A DNA stretch of 33,285 bases, from the UHGV virus genome UHGV-0213312. The stretch is one strand, 5' to 3'. The notes under the pieces were generated by a model. That model was not told where the DNA came from. It saw nothing but the letters and a program-made list of their open reading frames with translations, and did not search any database. Source of the DNA: a virus. The translations under genes and the position numbers were made by a program. Of this stretch, positions 7,890 through 15,539 are shown piece after piece (within the stretch, counting starts at the first letter, position 1; the number at the start of each line of letters is the position of its first letter).

Positions 7890-8696
7890 ATGTCACAACT
7901 ACAAGAATATGTCGACTCGCAAGTCGCAACAATATCACCGTTCAAGGTGAAATCTCAAGAACTGCTTGAGCAGGCGAAAGCCAAAGAAGTAACTGATGAC
8001 GCTACTGCCAAAGAAGCAGTGGCAATCCGCAAGCTGATCACCTCGCACCGCACTGAAGTCAAAAATGCACGGCTGGCGATCACTCGCAACTTTGACAGCG
8101 TCAAATCGCAATTTATCGACGCTGAAAAGGATGTTCTCGCACCGGCCGAAGAAGCCCTGGAGAACATCAGCCAAAAGATTCTGGCTTATCAAGAGGAGCA
8201 GGAGCGACTGGCAAAAGAGGAAGCGGCACGCGTTGACGCTATCTGCGCCAAGTTCACTACCAACGCCAAATCACTACGCAGCCAGAAAGCTTGCGATGAG
8301 CGAGGCGCTGAATTGAAGCAGGTATTCGCTGAGTTGCCAGAAGCTGATCAGAACCACGCTGAAATCAAGCTGGCATTCACTAAAGCCATCAACGAACTGC
8401 TGACACGTAAAGATGAATTGACGACCGCTGAACGTGACGAAGCCGAAGCTGCGAAACTGGCAGCACAGCGTAAACGCGAGCAAGAGATTGCCGAGGCTGA
8501 AGCAGCCAAAGCTGCTAAGACGCAGAAGCCGGCCGTCAAATCTGGCATTAAAACCAAAACGGTATTCACGGTCACTAATCCTGAATTAGTGCCGCGCTAT
8601 CTCTGCGAGCCGAGCGACAAGCTAATCCGCGAAGCCATCGCTAATGGATTGCGTGAAATCCCAGGCGTGGAGATTCGCGAGGAAAAGAGTTTCTAA
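7890..8696 (+). CDS. Coiled-coil phage protein of the recombination module
   Basis: Long Ala/Glu/Lys helix; C-terminal 'VPRYLCEP..IPGVEIREE' reminiscent of Gp157-like proteins; strong SD. Confidence 0.65.
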   Translation: MSQLQEYVDSQVATISPFKVKSQELLEQAKAKEVTDDATAKEAVAIRKLITSHRTEVKNARLAITRNFDSVKSQFIDAEKDVLAPAEEALENISQKILAYQEEQERLAKEEAARVDAICAKFTTNAKSLRSQKACDERGAELKQVFAELPEADQNHAEIKLAFTKAINELLTRKDELTTAERDEAEAAKLAAQRKREQEIAEAEAAKAAKTQKPAVKSGIKTKTVFTVTNPELVPRYLCEPSDKLIREAIANGLREIPGVEIREEKSF

Positions 8697-8698
8697 AC

Positions 8699-9148
8699 AT
8701 GGCAGCAATCAACACAGTAACTCTAATCGGTCGCGTTGTCCGAGATATTGAAGTCAAAACGACCAACAGCGGCAAATCTTTCGCCTCATTCGCACTAGCG
8801 GTTGATGGCTACGGCAAAGATGCCGACGCAAGCTTTATCGATTGCGTGGCTTGGAATAAGGCAGCTGAACTGCTGGCAGAATACGCGCCGAAAGGCAAGC
8901 AGATTGGCATAACTGGACGCTTGCAAACCAGAATCTGGGAAAAAGACGACATCAAGCGCAAAGCCACTGAAGTCATCATCGACCAGTTCCAGTTTTTGAG
9001 CGACGCAAAGGGCAGCGGCAATAACGCCGCGCCAGCCACGGAGCGATACGCCGAGGAGGACACTAAGAAAGCGAGTCAATCGGCGAAATCGGTCGCCGAT
9101 GACATAGACCTTAGCGAGCCAATTGATTTAAGCGAGATACCGTTCTAG
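8699..9148 (+). CDS. ssb: Single-stranded DNA-binding protein
   Basis: 'INTVTLIGRVVRD', 'FIDCVAW', 'GRLQTR', acidic tail ending 'IPF'. Confidence 0.95.
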   Translation: MAAINTVTLIGRVVRDIEVKTTNSGKSFASFALAVDGYGKDADASFIDCVAWNKAAELLAEYAPKGKQIGITGRLQTRIWEKDDIKRKATEVIIDQFQFLSDAKGSGNNAAPATERYAEEDTKKASQSAKSVADDIDLSEPIDLSEIPF

Positions 9149-9157
9149 GAGAATAGT

Positions 9158-9445
9158 ATGGATCAAAAGTTAGCAACACGGATCATCTGCGAAGTTCTTT
9201 TTGAGAGATCTTCAGATGAGCTAGACGAGCTGATGCTCGATCTCCAGATTAACGACGAACCGTTAGTAAGATTTTGCGATCAATTTGAACTCGGTGATTG
9301 GTTCTACGATCAGATGACACTGTTAGATATCGACATCATTAGCGAGATATGTGTTATTGCCGATGAACACCGTAGAGCCGAGCGAGACGAATCGCAAGAA
9401 ATCGAAATACTCCGCTGGGAATTACAAGGTCAGGGCGCACTATGA
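9158..9445 (+). CDS. Acidic hypothetical protein
   Basis: AGGAG SD; coupled to neighbours. Confidence 0.65.
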   Translation: MDQKLATRIICEVLFERSSDELDELMLDLQINDEPLVRFCDQFELGDWFYDQMTLLDIDIISEICVIADEHRRAERDESQEIEILRWELQGQGAL

Positions 9446-9753
9446 GTAGTTTAGATGAATACGAGCTCAAATATGAGAAGCCCAGGCGGCACAGATTCAA
9501 TACTAAAGCCAACCGAACCAAATTGGCGAAAGCTAAAGAACAAGAAAAACAATTAAAAAAGGAGAAGCAAATGAAAACTTCAAAAATTGAAACAATCAAG
9601 ACAATCGTAATTACTGCACTGGTGACGGGCATAATCGCCTTCATCGCTGGCACGATTTACGCAAGTAATATTCACGACCAGGTTAAAAACGAGGCTGCGA
9701 ATATTGTCAGAAACGTCAAGATTGAAACGCAAGTTAAGCCGTCAAAACAGTAG
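9442..9753 (+). CDS. Single-TM protein (alternative start 9571); putative N-terminal part of a frameshift fusion
   Basis: Hydrophobic 'IVITALVTGIIAFIAGTIYA'; AAGGAG before ATG 9571. Confidence 0.65.
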   Translation: MSSLDEYELKYEKPRRHRFNTKANRTKLAKAKEQEKQLKKEKQMKTSKIETIKTIVITALVTGIIAFIAGTIYASNIHDQVKNEAANIVRNVKIETQVKPSKQ

Positions 9754-9809
9754 CGGCGGTCAAGCAGCAGCCGTCGTCAGAGCAAAGCGCTGCGCACATT
9801 AACAATCAG

Positions 9810-10157
9810 GTGAAACAAGCGTCATCAGCGCCCACTCGACCCACACAAGGGTGCGAAGCTTATCGAGGGTTGGTGGCGCAATACAGCTGGGATGTTCGTG
9901 TCATGTTGGCAATTATGCAAGCTGAAAGTGGTTGTAACCCAACCGTGACTGGCGACAGATCACTAACGTTCCAGCAAAACGGTCGAACGTATGGCTACTC
10001 GGTGTCACTATTCCAGGTAAGAATTTTGCCTGGGCGTGAGCATTGTGACAGTCATGATCCGGCTACGAATATCGCCTGTGCTTACCAGATATGGAAGAGG
10101 CAAGGGTATAAGGCGTGGTCGGTTTATACGAACAACAAATATCTAAGATATCTATAA
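9810..10157 (+). CDS. Lytic transglycosylase (SLT/lysozyme-like) domain
   Basis: 'IMQAESGCNP', 'SLFQV', 'DPATNIACAYQIW..GYKAW'; frame open from 9738. Confidence 0.8.
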   Translation: MKQASSAPTRPTQGCEAYRGLVAQYSWDVRVMLAIMQAESGCNPTVTGDRSLTFQQNGRTYGYSVSLFQVRILPGREHCDSHDPATNIACAYQIWKRQGYKAWSVYTNNKYLRYL

Positions 10158-10164
10158 AAACAAC

Positions 10165-10297
10165 GTTGACCTCTCAAAGCTGCGGGTAGTATCGCAATTT
10201 TAGGATAGCTTTTATCAAAGCACCTAGTACCTTTTTGACGCTATCCGCACCTCTGGTGGGTGTAAATAGTAAGAGCCCGCAGCTCTGAGAGGTCAAC
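10165..10297. repeat. 22-bp inverted repeat (1 mismatch) enclosing 89 nt
   Basis: GTTGACCTCTCAAAGCTGCGGG (10165-10186) versus CCCGCAGCTCTGAGAGGTCAAC (10276-10297). Confidence 0.9.
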
Positions 10298-10329
10298 AAA
10301 ATAATAGCACAATAGCAGGGAGGAAAAAT

Positions 10330-10482
10330 ATGAAGCTATTAAAAATGTTAGTCGGTAGAATACGCGACTGGCGATCCCGACGAGTTTATGAAAGGCTGTC
10401 CGATGAGGCAGTTGAAGAACAGTTGAACAAATTAACTGACAATAAATATTTGGATAGATTTTCAGGAGGTAGCCGTGGATAG
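10330..10482 (+). CDS. Small hypothetical protein (50 aa)
   Basis: GGGAGG SD; MKLLKMLVGRIRDWRSRRVYERLSDEAVEEQ... Confidence 0.6.
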   Translation: MKLLKMLVGRIRDWRSRRVYERLSDEAVEEQLNKLTDNKYLDRFSGGSRG

Positions 10483-10603
10483 CAAAATGAAAAAGATGGC
10501 AGATGCTATAGGCTATCTGATTGGTGGGATTTTAGTTTCGTTAATCGGGGTGGTTATTATAGCAGTATTGGTTAAGTCAATATTGTGGGTTGTGGGGCTG
10601 TAA
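10475..10603 (+). CDS. Small single-TM protein (42 aa)
   Basis: AGGAGG SD, GTG start; MDSKMKKMADAIGYLIGGILVSLIGVVIIAVLVKSILWVVGL. Confidence 0.6.
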   Translation: MDSKMKKMADAIGYLIGGILVSLIGVVIIAVLVKSILWVVGL

Positions 10604-10607
10604 GAAA

Positions 10608-10865
10608 ATGGTAGGGCTCACATCATTCACAATTCCACATATGGTCTGGATTGACAAGCAGGCATATAGATTGATCAACGCTGACATTGACAATAAACGA
10701 TTCAATCTTCGGTACGAGAGTATATCTGAACTAGGCAAAGTCGAGTTTGAATTTAGTATTGGATTTGAAACGTTCGGTCTTACACCTCGAGCTAAAGATG
10801 TTGAACGAGAATTCACCGAGCGACTTGAGTTACTTGGCGGTACGATCGAGAAGCCAAATGACTAA
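10608..10865 (+). CDS. Hypothetical protein
   Basis: ATG 4 nt after the previous stop; in frame with track ORF 10590..10865. Confidence 0.6.
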   Translation: MVGLTSFTIPHMVWIDKQAYRLINADIDNKRFNLRYESISELGKVEFEFSIGFETFGLTPRAKDVEREFTERLELLGGTIEKPND

Positions 10866-10920
10866 AAAAGCACTTCGCAAAAAGCAGCGCCGAAAGCGCA
10901 AGAAACTGGAGGCTACGTAA
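10858..10920 (+). CDS. 20-aa Arg/Lys-rich peptide
   Basis: MTKKALRKKQRRKRKKLEAT; overlaps the upstream stop and is coupled to the next ORF by TAATG. Confidence 0.45.
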   Translation: MTKKALRKKQRRKRKKLEAT

Positions 10921-11159
10921 TGTCTCTGATGAATTGCGCATTCACTGTTCGCTGGAGCGACGAGAAGAACAAACCGCACGCGAAAACCTACGCTACCGAA
11001 TCTGATGCCAAGCGAGCCAAGAAATGGTTGCTGGAGCACGGCGTTCGGAGCGTAGACATCGCGGTCAAGATAAATAATAAGCCAGTTGGTAGTTTGGAAG
11101 ATGGCGACAAGCCGTCTGAGACTGACGCTGAGCAGAAAGGATTTTGGTGGGAGAAGTGA
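10920..11159 (+). CDS. Hypothetical protein
   Basis: GGAGG SD; 79 aa. Confidence 0.65.
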   Translation: MSLMNCAFTVRWSDEKNKPHAKTYATESDAKRAKKWLLEHGVRSVDIAVKINNKPVGSLEDGDKPSETDAEQKGFWWEK

Positions 11160-12130
11160 TTGACGACAATCAATTCGACATATTCCAGTGGGCGAACTGG
11201 GCTGATGCTAATAAGAAAGATCTGCTCATCGACCTGTTCATTTTCAATAAAAACTTTATGCCATACGTGTTACCACTGAAAACATCGACCATAGAAGACC
11301 AAATGCGATCACTATTTCTTTACGACATGATCAATTTTGTGGAGACTGGAGCAGCTGTCGGACTGTCTATCAGGGACTACGCGACAAACGATCAAATGGA
11401 AAATGTTTTGCTATACAGCGAGCTTGAGAGCATCCAGCGTGCTGAGACACTCGTTTATTTTCTTGGAGACGATCGTATCTCTGAGTTCAATGAACAAGAA
11501 CACGAGCTGAAGCGTATGCATGGTATTGTGGCGCGGTTTAGCGATCCAAAAGATCCAGACAAGACCTTTTACATCGCCAAACAGCTGCAGCGGTCGCAGA
11601 TGTTGAGCAGGAGTCTCACATGGCAAGTTAGCGGCAGTGACTTTGGCGAGCTTAATGCCGACGCAGCGTTCAAGATACCACCCAATAACCAAGTGTTGAT
11701 CGCCGGAGGCAAAGTGTTCGCATTCAATCCAAAGAAGTTCGTCAATCTGTTCAAGCAAGATCCATCGAGCGACATTGTAACCAGGCGAATCGCCAAACAT
11801 CTAACTGAGAAGTTTGCGTTGTCATTCCCAGAGGGCTTGTCTTTGGAGGAGTTAGCTGACAACAGCAGGTCCTTGACCGACACACTGTTAAAGCTAGACG
11901 TTGAACATCTACCAGACCGACAAAGGGTCGTTGATCATGCTGACGAAATGAACTTGGCGCTCATGACAGACAATAACGACGGCATTATCGTCATGGATAA
12001 CCGTGACGCAATGATGTTCGTCAATATTCTGGCCGACAATTACGTCGATAGTAATCTGACCGGATCGCACTATCTTGCAACCAGTAAGAAGCGGATCGAT
12101 GGCGATTCGCAGATAAACATGAACGTATAA
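11144..12130 (+). CDS. DUF4868 / Kiwa KwaB-like protein
   Basis: ~325 aa with C-terminal 'FVNILADNYVDSNLTGSHYLATSKK', matching my recollection of the family's DxYxxSxLTGxxYxAxSK terminus; start uncertain. Confidence 0.6.
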   Translation: MVGEVIDDNQFDIFQWANWADANKKDLLIDLFIFNKNFMPYVLPLKTSTIEDQMRSLFLYDMINFVETGAAVGLSIRDYATNDQMENVLLYSELESIQRAETLVYFLGDDRISEFNEQEHELKRMHGIVARFSDPKDPDKTFYIAKQLQRSQMLSRSLTWQVSGSDFGELNADAAFKIPPNNQVLIAGGKVFAFNPKKFVNLFKQDPSSDIVTRRIAKHLTEKFALSFPEGLSLEELADNSRSLTDTLLKLDVEHLPDRQRVVDHADEMNLALMTDNNDGIIVMDNRDAMMFVNILADNYVDSNLTGSHYLATSKKRIDGDSQINMNV

Positions 12131-12169
12131 ACTCCATGGCAACACTTCAAGAACGACTATAAGAGATAA

Positions 12170-12418
12170 ATGTACCCCACGGGAAAAGGAGAGAACGTGA
12201 TTGACATAACTAAATTAACAGACAAAGACATCGGGTGCTGGGTTATCTATACGCCAAGCCGAGAATTGGGCGAGAAACTCGAGAAAGGCAAAATTAAGAG
12301 CTGGAATGATTCTGGGATATTCGTAGTTTATGATTGTGCCGGCAACTGGATGGGCGATCTATGGAAGGAGTACACAGCTCAGCATACTAATCCAGAAGAC
12401 TTAGAGTTTGCTGATTAG
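12170..12418 (+). CDS. Hypothetical protein (start possibly GTG 12197)
   Basis: AAGGAG precedes GTG 12197; ORF track. Confidence 0.65.
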   Translation: MYPTGKGENVIDITKLTDKDIGCWVIYTPSRELGEKLEKGKIKSWNDSGIFVVYDCAGNWMGDLWKEYTAQHTNPEDLEFAD

Positions 12419-12483
12419 TCGGGACACATAAACGCCACTAACTAACGACCTACCATACGTCGAAAAACTGGGCGAACATTAAC

Positions 12484-13154
12484 AATTCAACCGCATAACT
12501 GGATAGATAATTGTAAATCAGATGGTAGAGCCGTGTTGCAACACGTACGCGACGGTGGTTCGAGTCCACCCAATTGTCTATTCAACTGGACAGATGATAT
12601 GTATTGTGCAGGGAAAGACCAGATAGCTTCTGGTGCTCGTTTCGTTTACGTGCTGGACGCAGTAACGGTTCATATTGTCATATGAACTATCAACAACCCC
12701 GCCGCCTCTCAGGAGAGTATGAGACAAGATATCTTGGCGCGAGTGAATAAAATCGTCTGTTCAACTGGTAGCACCAACGCACCTTTAATTGTTACTTAGG
12801 GAAAAAATTGTATACCTATTTATAGCTATTCTAAACAACTATATTTTGGTGCTATCAACTGGCAACATCATCAAGACAAATTAACCATATTAGTGCTATA
12901 CACCTGGTGTTGTCAACTGGCTATATAAGTGGCTCGAAAGCTTGAAGCTGAGCTTAGTGTTGCAGCTCGCGAAGTTCCGCAATTAGAGCTAGAAAAGTAA
13001 CTGCTGACTTTGCAACTTGAGTAGTGAAAGATGTGACCTTACACGACGCAGCTTAGTCTTTTGACTAAACGGTGGAAGCCCTGTGGTGAAAATCCCGTAA
13101 GACAGTGCGTGCAAATCATCGCCTTATATAGCCAACCAGTTATGCGGTTGAATT
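12484..13154 (+). ncRNA. Candidate structured RNA array: five stem-closed cassettes inside a 19-bp inverted repeat
   Basis: No ORF >=60 aa; repeated CAACTGG junctions; each unit has self-complementary ends with G-U pairs on the + strand. Confidence 0.65.
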
Positions 13155-13187
13155 AAACCGCACGATTTCGTGTAAATAAGGAAAATT

Positions 13188-13589
13188 ATGACCAAACCAC
13201 ATTTTAGCTCATTAAGAATGGACTGGCGAACACCCAAGGCGGTCTATCAGGTGCTAGATTCAGAGTTTAAGTTCGACCACGATCCTTGCCCTGCTAATTG
13301 GGACGGCAAGGTCGATGGGCTGACAAGCGATTGGGGGGGTACAAACTACGTCAATCCACCATACGGCAGAGAGCTACCAAAATGGATTGAGAAAGGTTAT
13401 CAGGAGTGGCAGAAAGGCAAAACTGTCGTGTTTCTAATACCTAGTCGTACAGATACTCGTTGGTGGCACGATTACTGTATGAAAGCAACTGAAATCCGCT
13501 ACATAAAAGGTAGGCTGAAGTTTGATGATCAACCAAACCCGGCACCATTTCCGAGCGCGATAGTGATTTTCAAGGGGAATGTCAACTAA
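13188..13589 (+). CDS. Phage-type DNA N6-adenine methyltransferase
   Basis: 'DWRTP', 'FDHDPC', catalytic 'NPPY', 'LIPSRTDTRWW', 'GRLKF'. Confidence 0.9.
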   Translation: MTKPHFSSLRMDWRTPKAVYQVLDSEFKFDHDPCPANWDGKVDGLTSDWGGTNYVNPPYGRELPKWIEKGYQEWQKGKTVVFLIPSRTDTRWWHDYCMKATEIRYIKGRLKFDDQPNPAPFPSAIVIFKGNVN

Positions 13590-13666
13590 AACACTATTTT
13601 ACTTTACTTTCAATTTTCAAAGTAAAGTAAAACGTTAATTTTGTGGACATAGAAAAGGAGATTTCA

Positions 13667-13894
13667 ATGATTTACGAGGTAGAAGTTATGCAAACAGTTA
13701 GAGGAACTATCTTTGTTGAAGCTGATGACTATCAAGAAGCAGAAGAGGCTGCTAATAAATATATCCAAGAGGGGCCAAACGTCGCAACCATCAATTTTGA
13801 CGAGATTTGGGATTATAATGTCGGGGGCTCGTTAGAAGCGTCAGATGATGAGGTTGGTGATGCAGAGGTTATCAAGGCGGAGGACGTGCTATGA
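13667..13894 (+). CDS. Acidic hypothetical protein
   Basis: AAGGAG SD before ATG 13667. Confidence 0.65.
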   Translation: MIYEVEVMQTVRGTIFVEADDYQEAEEAANKYIQEGPNVATINFDEIWDYNVGGSLEASDDEVGDAEVIKAEDVL

Positions 13895-14325
13895 CAAAAC
13901 TAAAATTACCAAGCGACCCTCGCTCGCTATCATGTAATGATGGACACGATTTGTGTTATTGCGCTGGCCGTCCAGAGTGTCACAACTGCGGGCAGCCACT
14001 ATGGGACGGCTACGTTAAAGAGCCGCTAGACCACAGCAGCTATAACTATGATCATGCAGAGTGTTGTGATCTGGTTTTGAGTCATTTTACCTATGACGAC
14101 TGGGAAGTGGGCGACGATGACAAACTGCGAATGTATGACTATGTATTTGTCACTTACATAGAGCCAGATACTGGCAATAAGATCCGCTTTACATGTCAAA
14201 TTGTGGAACTTTTTGGCCTAGGATTGCCTGTATTTAGAGTTTTGGAAACTGGCGACAACACGAGCATTCTGGGTTCGTATATTACAAATTGCCGCCTTGT
14301 GCGAATTAAGGAGCCGGAGGAATAA
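13891..14325 (+). CDS. Cys/His-rich hypothetical protein (possibly Zn-binding)
   Basis: CxxxH, CxC, CxxC, CC motifs; GGAGG SD and ATGA coupling. Confidence 0.65.
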   Translation: MTKLKLPSDPRSLSCNDGHDLCYCAGRPECHNCGQPLWDGYVKEPLDHSSYNYDHAECCDLVLSHFTYDDWEVGDDDKLRMYDYVFVTYIEPDTGNKIRFTCQIVELFGLGLPVFRVLETGDNTSILGSYITNCRLVRIKEPEE

Positions 14326-14327
14326 TA

Positions 14328-14756
14328 ATGCGTGAAACAGAATTCAGAGTTTGGGATAATCAAGAAAAGGTTTATCTCAACAAAAAAGACATGGCCATAG
14401 ACAACCTAGGCAACATATTTGTATTTGAGGTCTGCGATGACAATGACGCTGATTTATGGCATGTGCGAATTTTGTCAGACCCAGACAACGAGCGGTATAT
14501 TCTCGAGGAGAATACAGGGTTAACAGACAAGAATGGTAGAGATATTTATGAGGGTGATATCGTTTCGGTTAGAGACAGTCCTGTAGATACTGAAGATGAG
14601 AAAGGTGTCTGCTTTGTTGCTTGGAGTTCAGTTTTGGCGGGATTTATTCTAAAAGGAAGCGATGCATATAAGTTCGATGAGCAGCTACTAAGTGATTTAA
14701 AGCTCATAGTCATCGGTAATATTCATGAGGACTATGATTTGTTGGAGGAGAAATGA
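14328..14756 (+). CDS. YopX-family protein
   Basis: 'EFRVWD', 'TGLTDKNGRDIYEGDIV', 'VIGNIHE'. Confidence 0.9.
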   Translation: MRETEFRVWDNQEKVYLNKKDMAIDNLGNIFVFEVCDDNDADLWHVRILSDPDNERYILEENTGLTDKNGRDIYEGDIVSVRDSPVDTEDEKGVCFVAWSSVLAGFILKGSDAYKFDEQLLSDLKLIVIGNIHEDYDLLEEK

Positions 14757-14857
14757 AAACTACAGAACTACTAAAGATATTACCTCAAAAACCAGCTTTC
14801 GGCGACAAATCTGGGATGACGCGGTGGCTGTTTTTTGTGAAAGGAGACAATCAATGA
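14753..14857 (+). CDS. Small hypothetical protein (34 aa)
   Basis: GGAGG SD and ATGA overlaps at both ends; MKTTELLKILPQKPAFGDKSGMTRWLFFVKGDNQ. Confidence 0.45.
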   Translation: MKTTELLKILPQKPAFGDKSGMTRWLFFVKGDNQ

Positions 14858-15120
14858 CAATCGATGAAATCTTATTCGAACAATACCTGCTCGGCCGAGA
14901 GCATGAGGCTATGTTTCAGCGTGGTGAGAAACGTGAGGTTGGTGGCGAGATTGCAAAAGCAAAGAAACTTATTCTGGAAAAGCTAAATGAACGACATGCA
15001 CAGGGTGTAAGAATTGGCAAATCTATAGCTAGGAAAGAAGCATCTAAAGAAGTTTGTAAGGCACCAGAGTGTAAACTTGATACACCAGAGCCATCGGTCG
15101 AGTTAATAAAATGGGGCTGA
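14854..15120 (+). CDS. Hypothetical protein
   Basis: AAGGAG SD before ATG 14854, in frame with track ORF 14725..15120. Confidence 0.6.
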   Translation: MTIDEILFEQYLLGREHEAMFQRGEKREVGGEIAKAKKLILEKLNERHAQGVRIGKSIARKEASKEVCKAPECKLDTPEPSVELIKWG

Positions 15121-15389
15121 TTAGAAATATTAAGGCGATGGCTGATGTGCGCAAGCGAGAGCGAGATGTACTGGCGTCGAAATGCACAATAAAAATCGGC
15201 GACAGAGTGGCGTTCGCTCGAAATATTGATAAAGACGGCAGAGTAGTAGTGGGCGTAGTTGTTGGATATAAAAATGGTGTGTTCGTGGTTAAATACGATC
15301 CGCAACTCATCGTCGGCAATACTATTCAGTATTTTACTAGAAAATCTTATGAGCTGACTTTAGTTCATGACGTGGATAAATCAAGCTAG
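15111..15389 (+). CDS. Hypothetical protein (SH3/KOW-like beta fold)
   Basis: 'IKIGDRV..GVVVG..FVVKYD'. Confidence 0.6.
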   Translation: MGLIRNIKAMADVRKRERDVLASKCTIKIGDRVAFARNIDKDGRVVVGVVVGYKNGVFVVKYDPQLIVGNTIQYFTRKSYELTLVHDVDKSS

Positions 15390-15445
15390 CTAAAGCATAA
15401 TGGGCGTAAACGTCAATAATATGTGTGCGCCTAAAAGGTTGACTG

Positions 15446-15476
15446 AGGTGGCGGCGAATTATGTGCCGCCTCTTTT
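15446..15476 (+). terminator. Intrinsic terminator ending the early/middle region
   Basis: GGCGGC-N9-GCCGCC followed by TCTTTT. Confidence 0.65.
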
Positions 15477-15477
15477 A

Positions 15478-15523
15478 TGTTATAATAGCCCTAGGAATTG
15501 CGGATCGAAAGAGCCGCTTTTTT
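15478..15523 (+). promoter_or_regulatory. Extended -10 promoter plus leader hairpin/U-tract (terminase copy)
   Basis: TGTTATAAT, then AATTGCGGATCGAAAGAGCCGC followed by TTTTTT. Confidence 0.75.
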
Positions 15524-15539
15524 ATTTGGAGAAATTATC

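Noticed and set aside
12506..12580. Functional tRNA-Cys or tRNA-Ala
   Set aside because: No 7-nt anticodon loop can be drawn, the D stem is imperfect and there is no CCA; reported as tRNA-like only.
12484..13154. CRISPR array or classical integron attC array
   Set aside because: The shared junction is only 7 nt, unit lengths vary from 54 to 215 nt, and no cas genes are present. Only two junctions fit RYYYAAC, the units carry no ORFs, and I see no IntI-type insertion in the recombinase.
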